This document shows positions 29,583 to 37,330 of a stretch of DNA of 53,275 bases, in pieces (position 1 is the stretch's first letter; the number at the start of each line of letters is the position of its first letter). This DNA comes from an uncultured Bacilli bacterium (GTDB taxonomy: Bacteria; Bacillota_I; Bacilli_A; RF39; UBA660). The position numbers were made by a program, and so were the translations under genes. The DNA lies in NCBI GenBank assembly GCA_934098375.1, contig CAKOOC010000004.1, forward strand, positions 1 through 53,275, read 5' to 3'. The notes under the pieces are model-generated. The model made no database searches. It worked only from the letters and a program-made list of their open reading frames with translations, and was not told the origin of the DNA.

Positions 29583-29610
29583 ACTTCCTATAATGTATAT
29601 TATGTTAACT
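29583..29610 (+). other. dif: XerCD dif chromosome-dimer resolution site
   Basis: ACTTCCTATAA-TGTATA-TTATGTTAACT. As I recall the reference sequences, it matches B. subtilis dif at 25 of 28 positions, and shares the central hexamer and 10 of 11 right-arm bases with E. coli dif. Lies in the convergent gap where the gene-strand bias flips. Confidence 0.85.
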
Positions 29611-30067
29611 AGAATATATGTTTTTTTAAATAATCAATATTATTACACTATTATATATTCAATAATTAAAAACTATTTAATAATAATTTAAATTAATTTA
29701 AATTATTTATTTCAAAGTTCACTACTATAATCTATTTATAGTTTTTATTTTATCTACAATTAATTATTTTAATTTATTAATAACAAGCTTAAACTTATAA
29801 TACATAATACGAATTAAAATTTCGTACAATTGTATCACTACTCTTTTCCAAAAACCGAAGTAGGGGGAGTATTACTTTTTTTAAGGTATATTAAATAAAA
29901 CCTATGATTTTTATAATCAACCATTTTTTATTAATTATTATTTTTTCATAATCCTATTTATAATTACCTAAAGTTAAAACTTTTTTTATTTTATTAGAGG
30001 ATACCATTGATTTTTATAAAGCCAATAAACATTAGAGTTTACCCCACTTCTCCCCTTCTCTACTAGT

Positions 30068-30820
30068 CTATAAAATAAATTCTGTAAGTAAAATCATCAC
30101 TAATCCTAAAATAAATCCTATTAAAATATATTTTTTTGAATATTTTTCTGCCTCTTTAAAAATATCATTAATACTAATCGATATCATAATTCCCGCTACA
30201 AATAATAAAACTATGCTGATTAATGTATTAGACATATATTTATATAAAAACAAATAAGCAATTATAGCTCCAAGAGGCTCTGAAAAACCACTTACTAAAG
30301 TATTTATAAAAGCTTTACTTTTAGATCCTGAACCATAATATATTGGCACCGCTATTGCAATACCTTCAGGAATATTATGAAGCATAATAGCAATGCTCAT
30401 TTTAAGTCCTAAATTAATATTTACACTACTACTTAAAAATGTAAGTATTCCTTCCGGTAGGTTATGAATCATCAATGCAATCATGCTAAGTATCCCTACC
30501 CTATATAAATTTGATGAATTAAACCCTTTTTCACTTATTTTTTTATTAATTGATATATTTATACCATAACCAATTAAAATCATTAAAATAAGCATTAAAA
30601 TAGCCAAAAAAAGATTATATTTACTCTTTAAAAAGAAAAAACCATCAGGTATTAATTCTAATACTGAAATCAATAACATTATCGAAGCTGAAAAAGATAA
30701 ACTTACACCAATAAACTTAGGGATATTTCTGGGCTTAGCATAAATAAAAAAATAACCAATTATAGTTGAAAGACCAGCAAATAAACTAATTAAAAATGGA
30801 ATTAAAATATTATTATTCAT
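30068..30820 (-). CDS. zupT: ZIP-family zinc transporter ZupT
   Basis: 250 aa polytopic with duplicated HNLPEGI / HNIPEGIA metal-binding motifs. Confidence 0.85.
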   Translation of the reverse strand: MNNNILIPFLISLFAGLSTIIGYFFIYAKPRNIPKFIGVSLSFSASIMLLISVLELIPDGFFFLKSKYNLFLAILMLILMILIGYGINISINKKISEKGFNSSNLYRVGILSMIALMIHNLPEGILTFLSSSVNINLGLKMSIAIMLHNIPEGIAIAVPIYYGSGSKSKAFINTLVSGFSEPLGAIIAYLFLYKYMSNTLISIVLLFVAGIMISISINDIFKEAEKYSKKYILIGFILGLVMILLTEFIL

Positions 30821-30935
30821 AATAAAATATACACTCTTTTATCAAATAATATAACCATTTATTTCCATTAATTTGCCAAAAATATAAGCATTATAAACTT
30901 TTATAAGTCCATACTATTAATAGGAGGTAAGATTT

Positions 30936-31043
30936 ATGAGTAGAGCAAAAGCAAACAATAAAGCACGTGAAAACGCAAGAAATAATGCGCGTAACAATAA
31001 TAAGTGCCAAAACGAAGCAAGAAATAATGCAAGAAATAAATAA
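30936..31043 (+). CDS. 35-aa Asn/Arg/Lys-rich peptide (below ORF-track cutoff)
   Basis: MSRAKANNKARENARNNARNNNKCQNEARNNARNK. AGGAGG SD 7 nt upstream. Strong terminator 40 nt downstream. Internal ARNNARN repeats. Confidence 0.5.
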   Translation: MSRAKANNKARENARNNARNNNKCQNEARNNARNK

Positions 31044-31080
31044 TTAAATTCTTCATTAATAATATTACTTATAAACATAA

Positions 31081-31110
31081 AAGCATAGATGGTTATTTTC
31101 TATGCTTTTT
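31081..31110. terminator. Bidirectional terminator (small peptide gene / xerD)
   Basis: AAGCATAGA-loop-TCTATGCTT hairpin flanked by A- and T-runs. Confidence 0.75.
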
Positions 31111-31138
31111 ATTTTCATTCATATTTACAATAATGGTA

Positions 31139-32050
31139 TTAATTTCTCGGAAAAAATTCATCATAATCTTTTTTCAAACTCTCATTTGTCATATGAGTAT
31201 ATATCTGTGTAGTCGCAATATTTTCATGCCCTAAAAGTTCTTGAATAATCCTTAAATCGGCACCATTTTTAAGTAAATGTGTAGCAAAGGTATGCCTTAA
31301 AGTATGCGGTGATACCTTCTTTTTAATATTCTTTTTTTGACACTCTAACTTAATAACCTTAAAAATAAATTGTCTTGTTAAAACCCCACCTCTATTATTT
31401 AAAAAAACATAACTAGAATTTTTCTTATTTAAAAGAGGCCTATAATACTTTATATAATTACTAAGAGCATCAATCGCAAAATCCCCTAAAGGAACAATTC
31501 TTTCTTTACTACCTTTTCCCATAATTCTAATAATGCAATCATCTAAATCAACATTTGCTAGTTCCATACTAGTAAGCTCACTTATTCTTATGCCACTAGA
31601 ATAAAGAAGTTCTAAAATTGCCTTATTACGAGCATCATACTCATTTAAAATATTTATATCAAGTAATTTATTTACTTCATCAAAAGTTAAAAATTCTGGT
31701 ATCTTTTTATCAAGTTTCGGATAATCTATATTTATAACTGGATTAATCTTTATTTTATCAAGTCTTTCCATATAATTATAAAAAGATTTTAAAGAGCTAA
31801 GCACATGGGAAACGCTCCTTGAAGAATGATCACTTATACTTTTTAAATAATCTTTAATTGTCTTTTCATCAGCAGCAAGCAAATTCATATTTATTTTTTC
31901 ACTAAATAATCTAACATCCCTTATATATGAAGAAGTTGTATTAGGACTATAATTTTTCTCAAGTTCTAAATATTCTTTATACTTTTTTAATAATTCTTTA
32001 TTTTCTTTATGAACATTATCATTCATCATACCACCATTTTTATTATACAT
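31139..32050 (-). CDS. xerD: Tyrosine recombinase XerD/XerC family
   Basis: ARNKAILELLYSSGIRISEL, GKGSKERIVPL, HTLRHTFATHLL, LLGHENIATTQIYTH (catalytic R-H-R-Y set). 1.5 kb from dif. Confidence 0.85.
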   Translation of the reverse strand: MYNKNGGMMNDNVHKENKELLKKYKEYLELEKNYSPNTTSSYIRDVRLFSEKINMNLLAADEKTIKDYLKSISDHSSRSVSHVLSSLKSFYNYMERLDKIKINPVINIDYPKLDKKIPEFLTFDEVNKLLDINILNEYDARNKAILELLYSSGIRISELTSMELANVDLDDCIIRIMGKGSKERIVPLGDFAIDALSNYIKYYRPLLNKKNSSYVFLNNRGGVLTRQFIFKVIKLECQKKNIKKKVSPHTLRHTFATHLLKNGADLRIIQELLGHENIATTQIYTHMTNESLKKDYDEFFPRN

Positions 32051-32102
32051 TGCCCTTTTAAATTACGCAAACATAAGTTATAATACTTAAAGGTGATTTA
32101 AA

Positions 32103-33302
32103 ATGGAACTTCTAGCAAATATGTTAAGACCTACGAAACTAGCAGACGTTTATGGTGAAGATCATTTAATTGGTGAAAATAAAGTTTTATCAAATTTAAT
32201 CAAAAATAAAGTTATTTTTTCTTTTATTTTATATGGTCCCCCAGGAACTGGCAAAACATCTATAGCAAATGCCATAATTAGTGAGTTAAATATCAAATCA
32301 AAATTTTTAAATGCCGTTGTAAATAATAAAAATGATTTTGATATTGCGATTGCTGAAGCCAAAATGTATGGTGAACTAATTTTAGTTATCGATGAAATCC
32401 ACCGTATGAATAAAGATAAACAAGATATTCTTTTACCTTATTTAGAAAGTGGCTTAATTAAAATGATTGGCCTAACAACGTCAAATCCCTACCACGCTAT
32501 AAATCCGGCAATTAGAAGTAGGTGTCAAATCTTTGAAGTAAAAATGCCTAAAAAAGAGGATATCAAAAAAATCCTTTTAAAAGCAAAAAATTATTTAGAA
32601 GATATTAAAATAGATGATGCCCTTTTAGATAAAATAATTTTAGCATCTAACGGTGATGTTAGATCAGCCCTTAACCTTTTAGAAATAGCTTATTATAGCG
32701 CCGAAAATCATGTAATAACCGAAGAAGTTCTTAAAAGTATTAACTCTAAGCCAGTTATCTATATTGATAAAAATGATACAAATTATTACGATTCCATTAG
32801 TGCTCTTCAAAAATCTATTCGGGGTAGTGATCCTAATGCTGCCGTATATTATCTAGCCGTCCTCTTAGAAGGTGGCGATTTAGATATTATTTTTAGAAGA
32901 CTATCGGTTATTGCTTACGAAGATATCGGCCTTGCTAATCCTAGTATTGGTCCTAAAGTAGATGCTGCTATTAATGCTGCTAACAGAGTCGGATACCCAG
33001 AATGTATTATTCCTTTATCAGAAATAGTTCTAGAAATGGCACTATCTCCTAAAAGTAACAGTGCTTATCTAGCAATTGATGCTGCATTAAATGCTGTTAG
33101 AAATAAATCAGCTGGTAAAGTACCTAATCATATCAAAACCAATAGTAAAGATTATAAATACCCCCATAATTATAAAAATAGTTATGTAAAGCAGCAATAT
33201 CTACCAGATAATATCGTAAATGAAGTTTTTTATCATCCTAAAAATAATACTTATGAAAATAATATCAATAAAATAAATCGAGAAATGAGGAATGAAAAGT
33301 GA
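32103..33302 (+). CDS. rarA: Replication-associated recombination protein A (RarA/MgsA AAA+ ATPase)
   Basis: LYGPPGTGKTS Walker A, VIDEIHR Walker B, C-terminal MgsA motifs (LQKSIRGSDPNAAVYYLA, YEDIGLANP). SD AAAGGTGA. Confidence 0.9.
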   Translation: MELLANMLRPTKLADVYGEDHLIGENKVLSNLIKNKVIFSFILYGPPGTGKTSIANAIISELNIKSKFLNAVVNNKNDFDIAIAEAKMYGELILVIDEIHRMNKDKQDILLPYLESGLIKMIGLTTSNPYHAINPAIRSRCQIFEVKMPKKEDIKKILLKAKNYLEDIKIDDALLDKIILASNGDVRSALNLLEIAYYSAENHVITEEVLKSINSKPVIYIDKNDTNYYDSISALQKSIRGSDPNAAVYYLAVLLEGGDLDIIFRRLSVIAYEDIGLANPSIGPKVDAAINAANRVGYPECIIPLSEIVLEMALSPKSNSAYLAIDAALNAVRNKSAGKVPNHIKTNSKDYKYPHNYKNSYVKQQYLPDNIVNEVFYHPKNNTYENNINKINREMRNEK

Positions 33303-34267
33303 ATGTAACCGTGGTTGGCTCTGGTGTTTTTGGTTTTAGTATTGCTCTTAATACTTTAAAAAACGGATCCCCTACTACTCTACTTTGTAGTAATAAAGAA
33401 AAAGAAAATAAATTAAAAAATAACGAAATAGAAATTATTAAAGGTATAAAAATTCCTTCAAATATGATTATTACTTCTGATTATGAAAATGCCATAAAAA
33501 ATGCAGATGTAATATTTATAATGGCAAGTGCTAAATATCTTGATGAATGCTTAAAGAAAATCAAAAATTATTCTAACAATAAGCAAATCTTTTGTATTGG
33601 AAGTAAAGGAATTGATCAAAATACTCATAAATTTGTGCATGAAATTTTTAAAGAAAATTTAGAAAATAAACATTATAGTATATTATCTGGCCCTTCTTTT
33701 GCTATTGATCTAGCATCTTTCGAGCCTATCGGTTTTTCTCTTGCTAGCAGTGACAAAGAAACTGATAAAATCATTAAAAAAGTACTATCAAGTAAAACCA
33801 TCAAAATTAGAACTAGTAAAGATATGATTGGCTTAGAATTATGTGGATCTATTAAAAACGTTATTGCCATTGCTTCTGGCATAATTGCCGGATTAAACTA
33901 CCACGAATCAACAAGAAGTTTTCTTTTAGTTGAATCTATGCATGACATTAAAAATTTAATAAAATCTCTAAATGGCCGCAAAAAAACAATATTAAGTTAT
34001 GGTGGCATTGGTGATTTAATTCTTACCTGTACCAGCGAAAAATCTCGTAATTATACCTATGGCTACTTTATTGGTCAAAAAGATTATGTCAAAGCAAGTG
34101 ATTATTTAAAAAACACCACCGTAGAAGGTTATTACACTTTAAAAGCTATCTATGGTCTTATAAAAACTAAAAAAATAAAAATGCCTGTTATAGATTTAAT
34201 ATATAAAATTGTCGTTAATAATGAAAACCCTGATCTTTTAATTAATTTTCTTATTAATAAAGATTAA
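33299..34267 (+). CDS. gpsA: NAD(P)H-dependent glycerol-3-phosphate dehydrogenase
   Basis: VVGSGVFG Rossmann start, LSGPSFA, GSIKNVIAIASG, GIGDLILTCTSEKSRN motifs. GTG start overlaps the rarA TGA stop. Confidence 0.85.
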   Translation: MNVTVVGSGVFGFSIALNTLKNGSPTTLLCSNKEKENKLKNNEIEIIKGIKIPSNMIITSDYENAIKNADVIFIMASAKYLDECLKKIKNYSNNKQIFCIGSKGIDQNTHKFVHEIFKENLENKHYSILSGPSFAIDLASFEPIGFSLASSDKETDKIIKKVLSSKTIKIRTSKDMIGLELCGSIKNVIAIASGIIAGLNYHESTRSFLLVESMHDIKNLIKSLNGRKKTILSYGGIGDLILTCTSEKSRNYTYGYFIGQKDYVKASDYLKNTTVEGYYTLKAIYGLIKTKKIKMPVIDLIYKIVVNNENPDLLINFLINKD

Positions 34268-34287
34268 TAAAAATATGCTTAAAATAT

Positions 34288-34314
34288 TCAAAATAAACTT
34301 GTCATGAGTTTATT
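34288..34314 (+). terminator. Rho-independent terminator after gpsA
   Basis: AATAAACT-loop-AGTTTATT hairpin followed by a T-run. Confidence 0.75.
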
Positions 34315-34346
34315 TTTTCTTTATAATAATTTATCAGGTGGTTTTT

Positions 34347-35021
34347 ATGATCGTAAATTTTGAAGCTTATAAAGCTCTATCATCATTAAGTGCAAAAGAG
34401 AACTATATTTTTACTAGTTGCTCACCATCTTTAATTAATGACATAAAAACAAAAAGTCAAAATAGTAAGCATTCAGTTTTTATTAACGTTTCCGTAACGG
34501 AAATAAATATAGAAGAAATTTTAAGCATAGATAATTATTCCCAAAGTCAGTGGTTACAGCGAAATTTACTAATAACCTATATGATCAAAAAACTATTAGA
34601 ATTATTTCCCGAACTAGAAACAAGTATAAAAGACATGTTAGGTTATATCTACACACCCGATTTAAATATTAATTCCATTATAGAAAATATTATTCACTAT
34701 TATGATCATCCCACTTATAACGGCTATAAATATTGGAAATTATCTTTTGATTTATTTACTAGTTTAATTTTAAAGCTTAAATACGTAAATAGTATAGATG
34801 TCTTTATCAACTTTTACATTACCGATGGTGCTAATACTGTAATGCAGCGTGCGGTTAATGATTACATTGATGAAAATTTACCATTTCCTGTAAGAATTTT
34901 TACTGTTTATTCCGATTTAACCACTTATCGTCAAAGTAATGGAAAAGTCATTAATAATTCTGAAAAATTAATTTATTCAGCAGAAAATATTACTTCTTTG
35001 CCTAAAACCAATAAAATTTAA
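34347..35021 (+). CDS. Hypothetical protein
   Basis: 224 aa from ATG 34347 (AGGTGG 5 nt upstream; the track's GTG at 34338 lies in the SD). No motif I recognise. Confidence 0.5.
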   Translation: MIVNFEAYKALSSLSAKENYIFTSCSPSLINDIKTKSQNSKHSVFINVSVTEINIEEILSIDNYSQSQWLQRNLLITYMIKKLLELFPELETSIKDMLGYIYTPDLNINSIIENIIHYYDHPTYNGYKYWKLSFDLFTSLILKLKYVNSIDVFINFYITDGANTVMQRAVNDYIDENLPFPVRIFTVYSDLTTYRQSNGKVINNSEKLIYSAENITSLPKTNKI

Positions 35022-35046
35022 TCAAACAAAAATAGCCTATATATAA

Positions 35047-35724
35047 TTATAAGCTATTTTTTGTGATATCATTTATTACATAACTAGCACATAAAAGACC
35101 TGATATTCCGGGGATAAAACTATTAGTTCCTAGTACTTTTTGATTAGGTATTGGACTTTCTGTACTACTTACAACTTTAAACTTTCTATGTAATTTAGCA
35201 TCTTTCACTTTTCTTCTAAGTATTCTTGCAATGGGATCATTACTAGTTTTATCTAAAGTTGTTATAGAAAAAGAGCTAGGATCTATTTTATTAGCTGTTC
35301 CCATACTAGAAACTAGTTTATATTTATTTGCATTCTTTATAAGTAAAAACTTCAAATTTATATCATCACAAGCATCAATTACATAATCAAATTTTTTACT
35401 CATTATAAGTTCATCAAAATTACTTTCATCAATAAACTTATCAATCGTCGTAATATTTAAATTCGGATTAATTTCCAAAGCACGCGTTTTGGCAGCTGTA
35501 ACTTTTGCTTCACCTATTAACTTACTAGAAGTAATAATTTGCCTATTTAAATTAGATTCTTCAATTACATCTCCATCGACAATCGTAATATTAATAATTC
35601 CCGAGCGTACTAATGCTTCAAAAGCATAACCACCGACGCCACCTAAACCGACAACCAAAACATTTACCTTTTGCAATCTAGAAAATTTATCTTTACCTAT
35701 TAAGGAAATTAATCTTTCAAACAT
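35047..35724 (-). CDS. tcdA: tRNA threonylcarbamoyladenosine dehydratase (ThiF-family, TcdA/YrvM-like)
   Basis: VLVVGLGGVGGYAFEALVRSG nucleotide-binding motif, NLNRQ, DACD. Size typical of TcdA/CsdL. Confidence 0.8.
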   Translation of the reverse strand: MFERLISLIGKDKFSRLQKVNVLVVGLGGVGGYAFEALVRSGIINITIVDGDVIEESNLNRQIITSSKLIGEAKVTAAKTRALEINPNLNITTIDKFIDESNFDELIMSKKFDYVIDACDDINLKFLLIKNANKYKLVSSMGTANKIDPSSFSITTLDKTSNDPIARILRRKVKDAKLHRKFKVVSSTESPIPNQKVLGTNSFIPGISGLLCASYVINDITKNSL

Positions 35725-35749
35725 TCTCCATCACCTATCAATCAAATTA

Positions 35750-35778
35750 ATTATATAAAACATCTATAAAAATTGCAA
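35750..35778 (-). promoter_or_regulatory. Sigma-A promoter of tcdA
   Basis: On the - strand: TTGCAA, 17 nt spacer, TATAAT. Sits just downstream of the RNA terminator and 25 nt upstream of the tcdA ATG. Confidence 0.65.
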
Positions 35779-35789
35779 TTTTAGCGCAC

Positions 35790-35960
35790 AAAAAAACCTA
35801 AAAAGTGTTATAAAAGTGATAAAGCCCGCTCTCTCACAGGTGGGCATCACATGATAGATATTAGGATCCTAGGCGGCGGAGCTTAGTATTCAACACAATC
35901 TATCAATTAGATTCCCAATCATCACCATTGTCGGTTTTATGTAATAAACACCTTCTAGGT
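35790..35960 (-). ncRNA. Candidate ~170-nt structured small RNA (6S-like architecture)
   Basis: On the - strand an extended -10 (TGgTATAAT) lies 7 nt before ACCUAGAAGGUGUU. That segment pairs over 14 bp with AACACUUUUUAGGU, which is followed by U6-7. Two of the pairs are G-U on the - strand but A-C mismatches on the + strand. Internal helices: GAUAGAU/AUCUAUC, GGUGAU/AUCACU and small bubble hairpins. No ORF. Confidence 0.5.
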
Positions 35961-35966
35961 AATTTA

Positions 35967-35975
35967 ATTATACCA
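35967..35975 (-). promoter_or_regulatory. Extended -10 promoter element for the structured RNA
   Basis: The - strand reads TGGTATAAT. The first base of the closing helix is at the expected +1 position. Confidence 0.5.
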
Positions 35976-36040
35976 TAAATTATCATAAAGGAAAGAGCTA
36001 TTTGTTAAGTTTACACTTTTCATTATTTATTTTAATTTAT

Positions 36041-36454
36041 TTATTGCTTAATTATAGATTTCATCGTAAATTCAGCCATAATCCATTTGATAATATCATT
36101 TAAATTATTCCCTATATCACCGAAATGTTCATCTAAAAATGGTCTAACATTGGCATAAGGCCAGCAGCATACATAAGCCTTATCAGCATTAACTAAAATA
36201 TTATTAACTTCTTTTTTGAAACTATCTTCATCAGTAACATGATTATGAAAATAATAAACTATTCTATCAGCTGGAGTTAAAAATGCTCTTTTTGTTTGTA
36301 AATATCCCTCCAAATCATCACTATAAATCCCTAAATTAACTTTTAGGCCTTTACTCTTAAGCAAAATATCAAGCTGACTTATTATTATATCCATATCCTT
36401 TGCATCCACTTCGCTTCCTACATAAAAATATATATCCGGAACAAAATATTGCAT
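36041..36454 (-). CDS. Hypothetical 137-aa protein, alternating beta/alpha pattern
   Basis: GGAGAG SD 8 nt before ATG 36454 (the track's GTG at 36463 is too close to the SD). Begins MQYFVPDIYFYVGSEVD. No recognisable family. Confidence 0.5.
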   Translation of the reverse strand: MQYFVPDIYFYVGSEVDAKDMDIIISQLDILLKSKGLKVNLGIYSDDLEGYLQTKRAFLTPADRIVYYFHNHVTDEDSFKKEVNNILVNADKAYVCCWPYANVRPFLDEHFGDIGNNLNDIIKWIMAEFTMKSIIKQ

Positions 36455-36503
36455 AAAAATCACTCTCCAAAGTTCTTATATATTACCACAAAATCATTAA
36501 AAT

Positions 36504-36535
36504 GAAAAGAAAAAGTAGTCATCTAATAACTACTT
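36504..36535 (-). terminator. Terminator overlapping the ttcA-like stop codon
   Basis: - strand AAGTAGT-9 nt-ACTACTT followed by UUUCUUUUC. Confidence 0.55.
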
Positions 36536-37330
36536 ATCATAATTATCTAAAAATGAATGCTTTTCACTGTCATAATATCCTAATAAAGTATTCAAATTTA
36601 CATTTAAAGAAGATTTAAAAATATTTTTATCAACATCTTTATAAACCTCTTTCAAATTCTTTATTAATTCTTTAACTTCAGCTCTTTTACCAAAACCATT
36701 TTTCTTTGTAACTTTACAAGCACAATTAATAAACTCTAAATTATTATGTCTAACCCAATTTTTTATATCTTTTTCATGAACCAAATATAAAGGTCTAATA
36801 AGTTCTAATCCCTCATAATGATCTGACTTTAATTTAGGAAGCATAGAACCAAATTGTCCTGCGTAAAGAATATTTAGCATAATTGTCTCAATAACATCAT
36901 CAAAATGATGACCAAGCGCAATTTTATTACAACCTAATTCTTTTGCTTTACTATATAGATGTCCCCTTCTTTTTCTTGCACATAAATAACACGGATTTTC
37001 TTCATCTTTTACATCATCAAAAATAGTGCTCTCAAACATTTGTAAATCAATATCTAGTCTTTCTGCATTACTTTTAATTTTATCAAGTACATCCTTGCTA
37101 TAACCAGGATTCATACAAATATATTTTAAATTAAATTTAACTTTATAATGTCTTTGAATCTCCTTTAAAACTGTCGCACATAAAAAGGAATCTTTACCTC
37201 CTGATATACATACTGCGATAGTATCATTTTCTTTAATAAGTTCATATTCATCTATGGCTTTAATAGTCTGTTTCCATATTGTTTTACGGTATGTTTTAAT
37301 AATTGATTTAACCTCTTCGTTAATTTTCAT
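36530..37330 (-). CDS. ttcA: TtcA/TtuA-family PP-loop ATPase (tRNA thiolase-like)
   Basis: AVCISGGKDS PP-loop, CYLCARKRRGHLY, ALGHHFDDVIET, C-terminal INCACK cysteines. Collinear with E. coli TtcA as I recall it. The ATG lies inside the end of the upstream ATPase gene. Confidence 0.75.
   Translation of the reverse strand: MKINEEVKSIIKTYRKTIWKQTIKAIDEYELIKENDTIAVCISGGKDSFLCATVLKEIQRHYKVKFNLKYICMNPGYSKDVLDKIKSNAERLDIDLQMFESTIFDDVKDEENPCYLCARKRRGHLYSKAKELGCNKIALGHHFDDVIETIMLNILYAGQFGSMLPKLKSDHYEGLELIRPLYLVHEKDIKNWVRHNNLEFINCACKVTKKNGFGKRAEVKELIKNLKEVYKDVDKNIFKSSLNVNLNTLLGYYDSEKHSFLDNYDK

Noticed and set aside
29307-30067. AT-rich ORF-free gap as a replication origin
   Set aside because: There are no clustered DnaA boxes (only one partial TGGATAA), no dnaA/dnaN nearby, and the flanks are convergent genes. 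The presence of dif argues for the terminus instead.
32162-33882. ORFs 32162..32362(-) and 33673..33882(-)
   Set aside because: Antisense within rarA and gpsA.
35790-35960. Structured RNA as tmRNA, SRP RNA, RNase P, T-box or a known riboswitch
   Set aside because: It is too short for tmRNA or RNase P. It lacks a tRNA-like end, the SRP domain IV motif (GGAAGCAGC-type) and the T-box GGTGGTACCGCG. It also has its own terminator, followed by a separate promoter for tcdA, so it is not a cis-leader.
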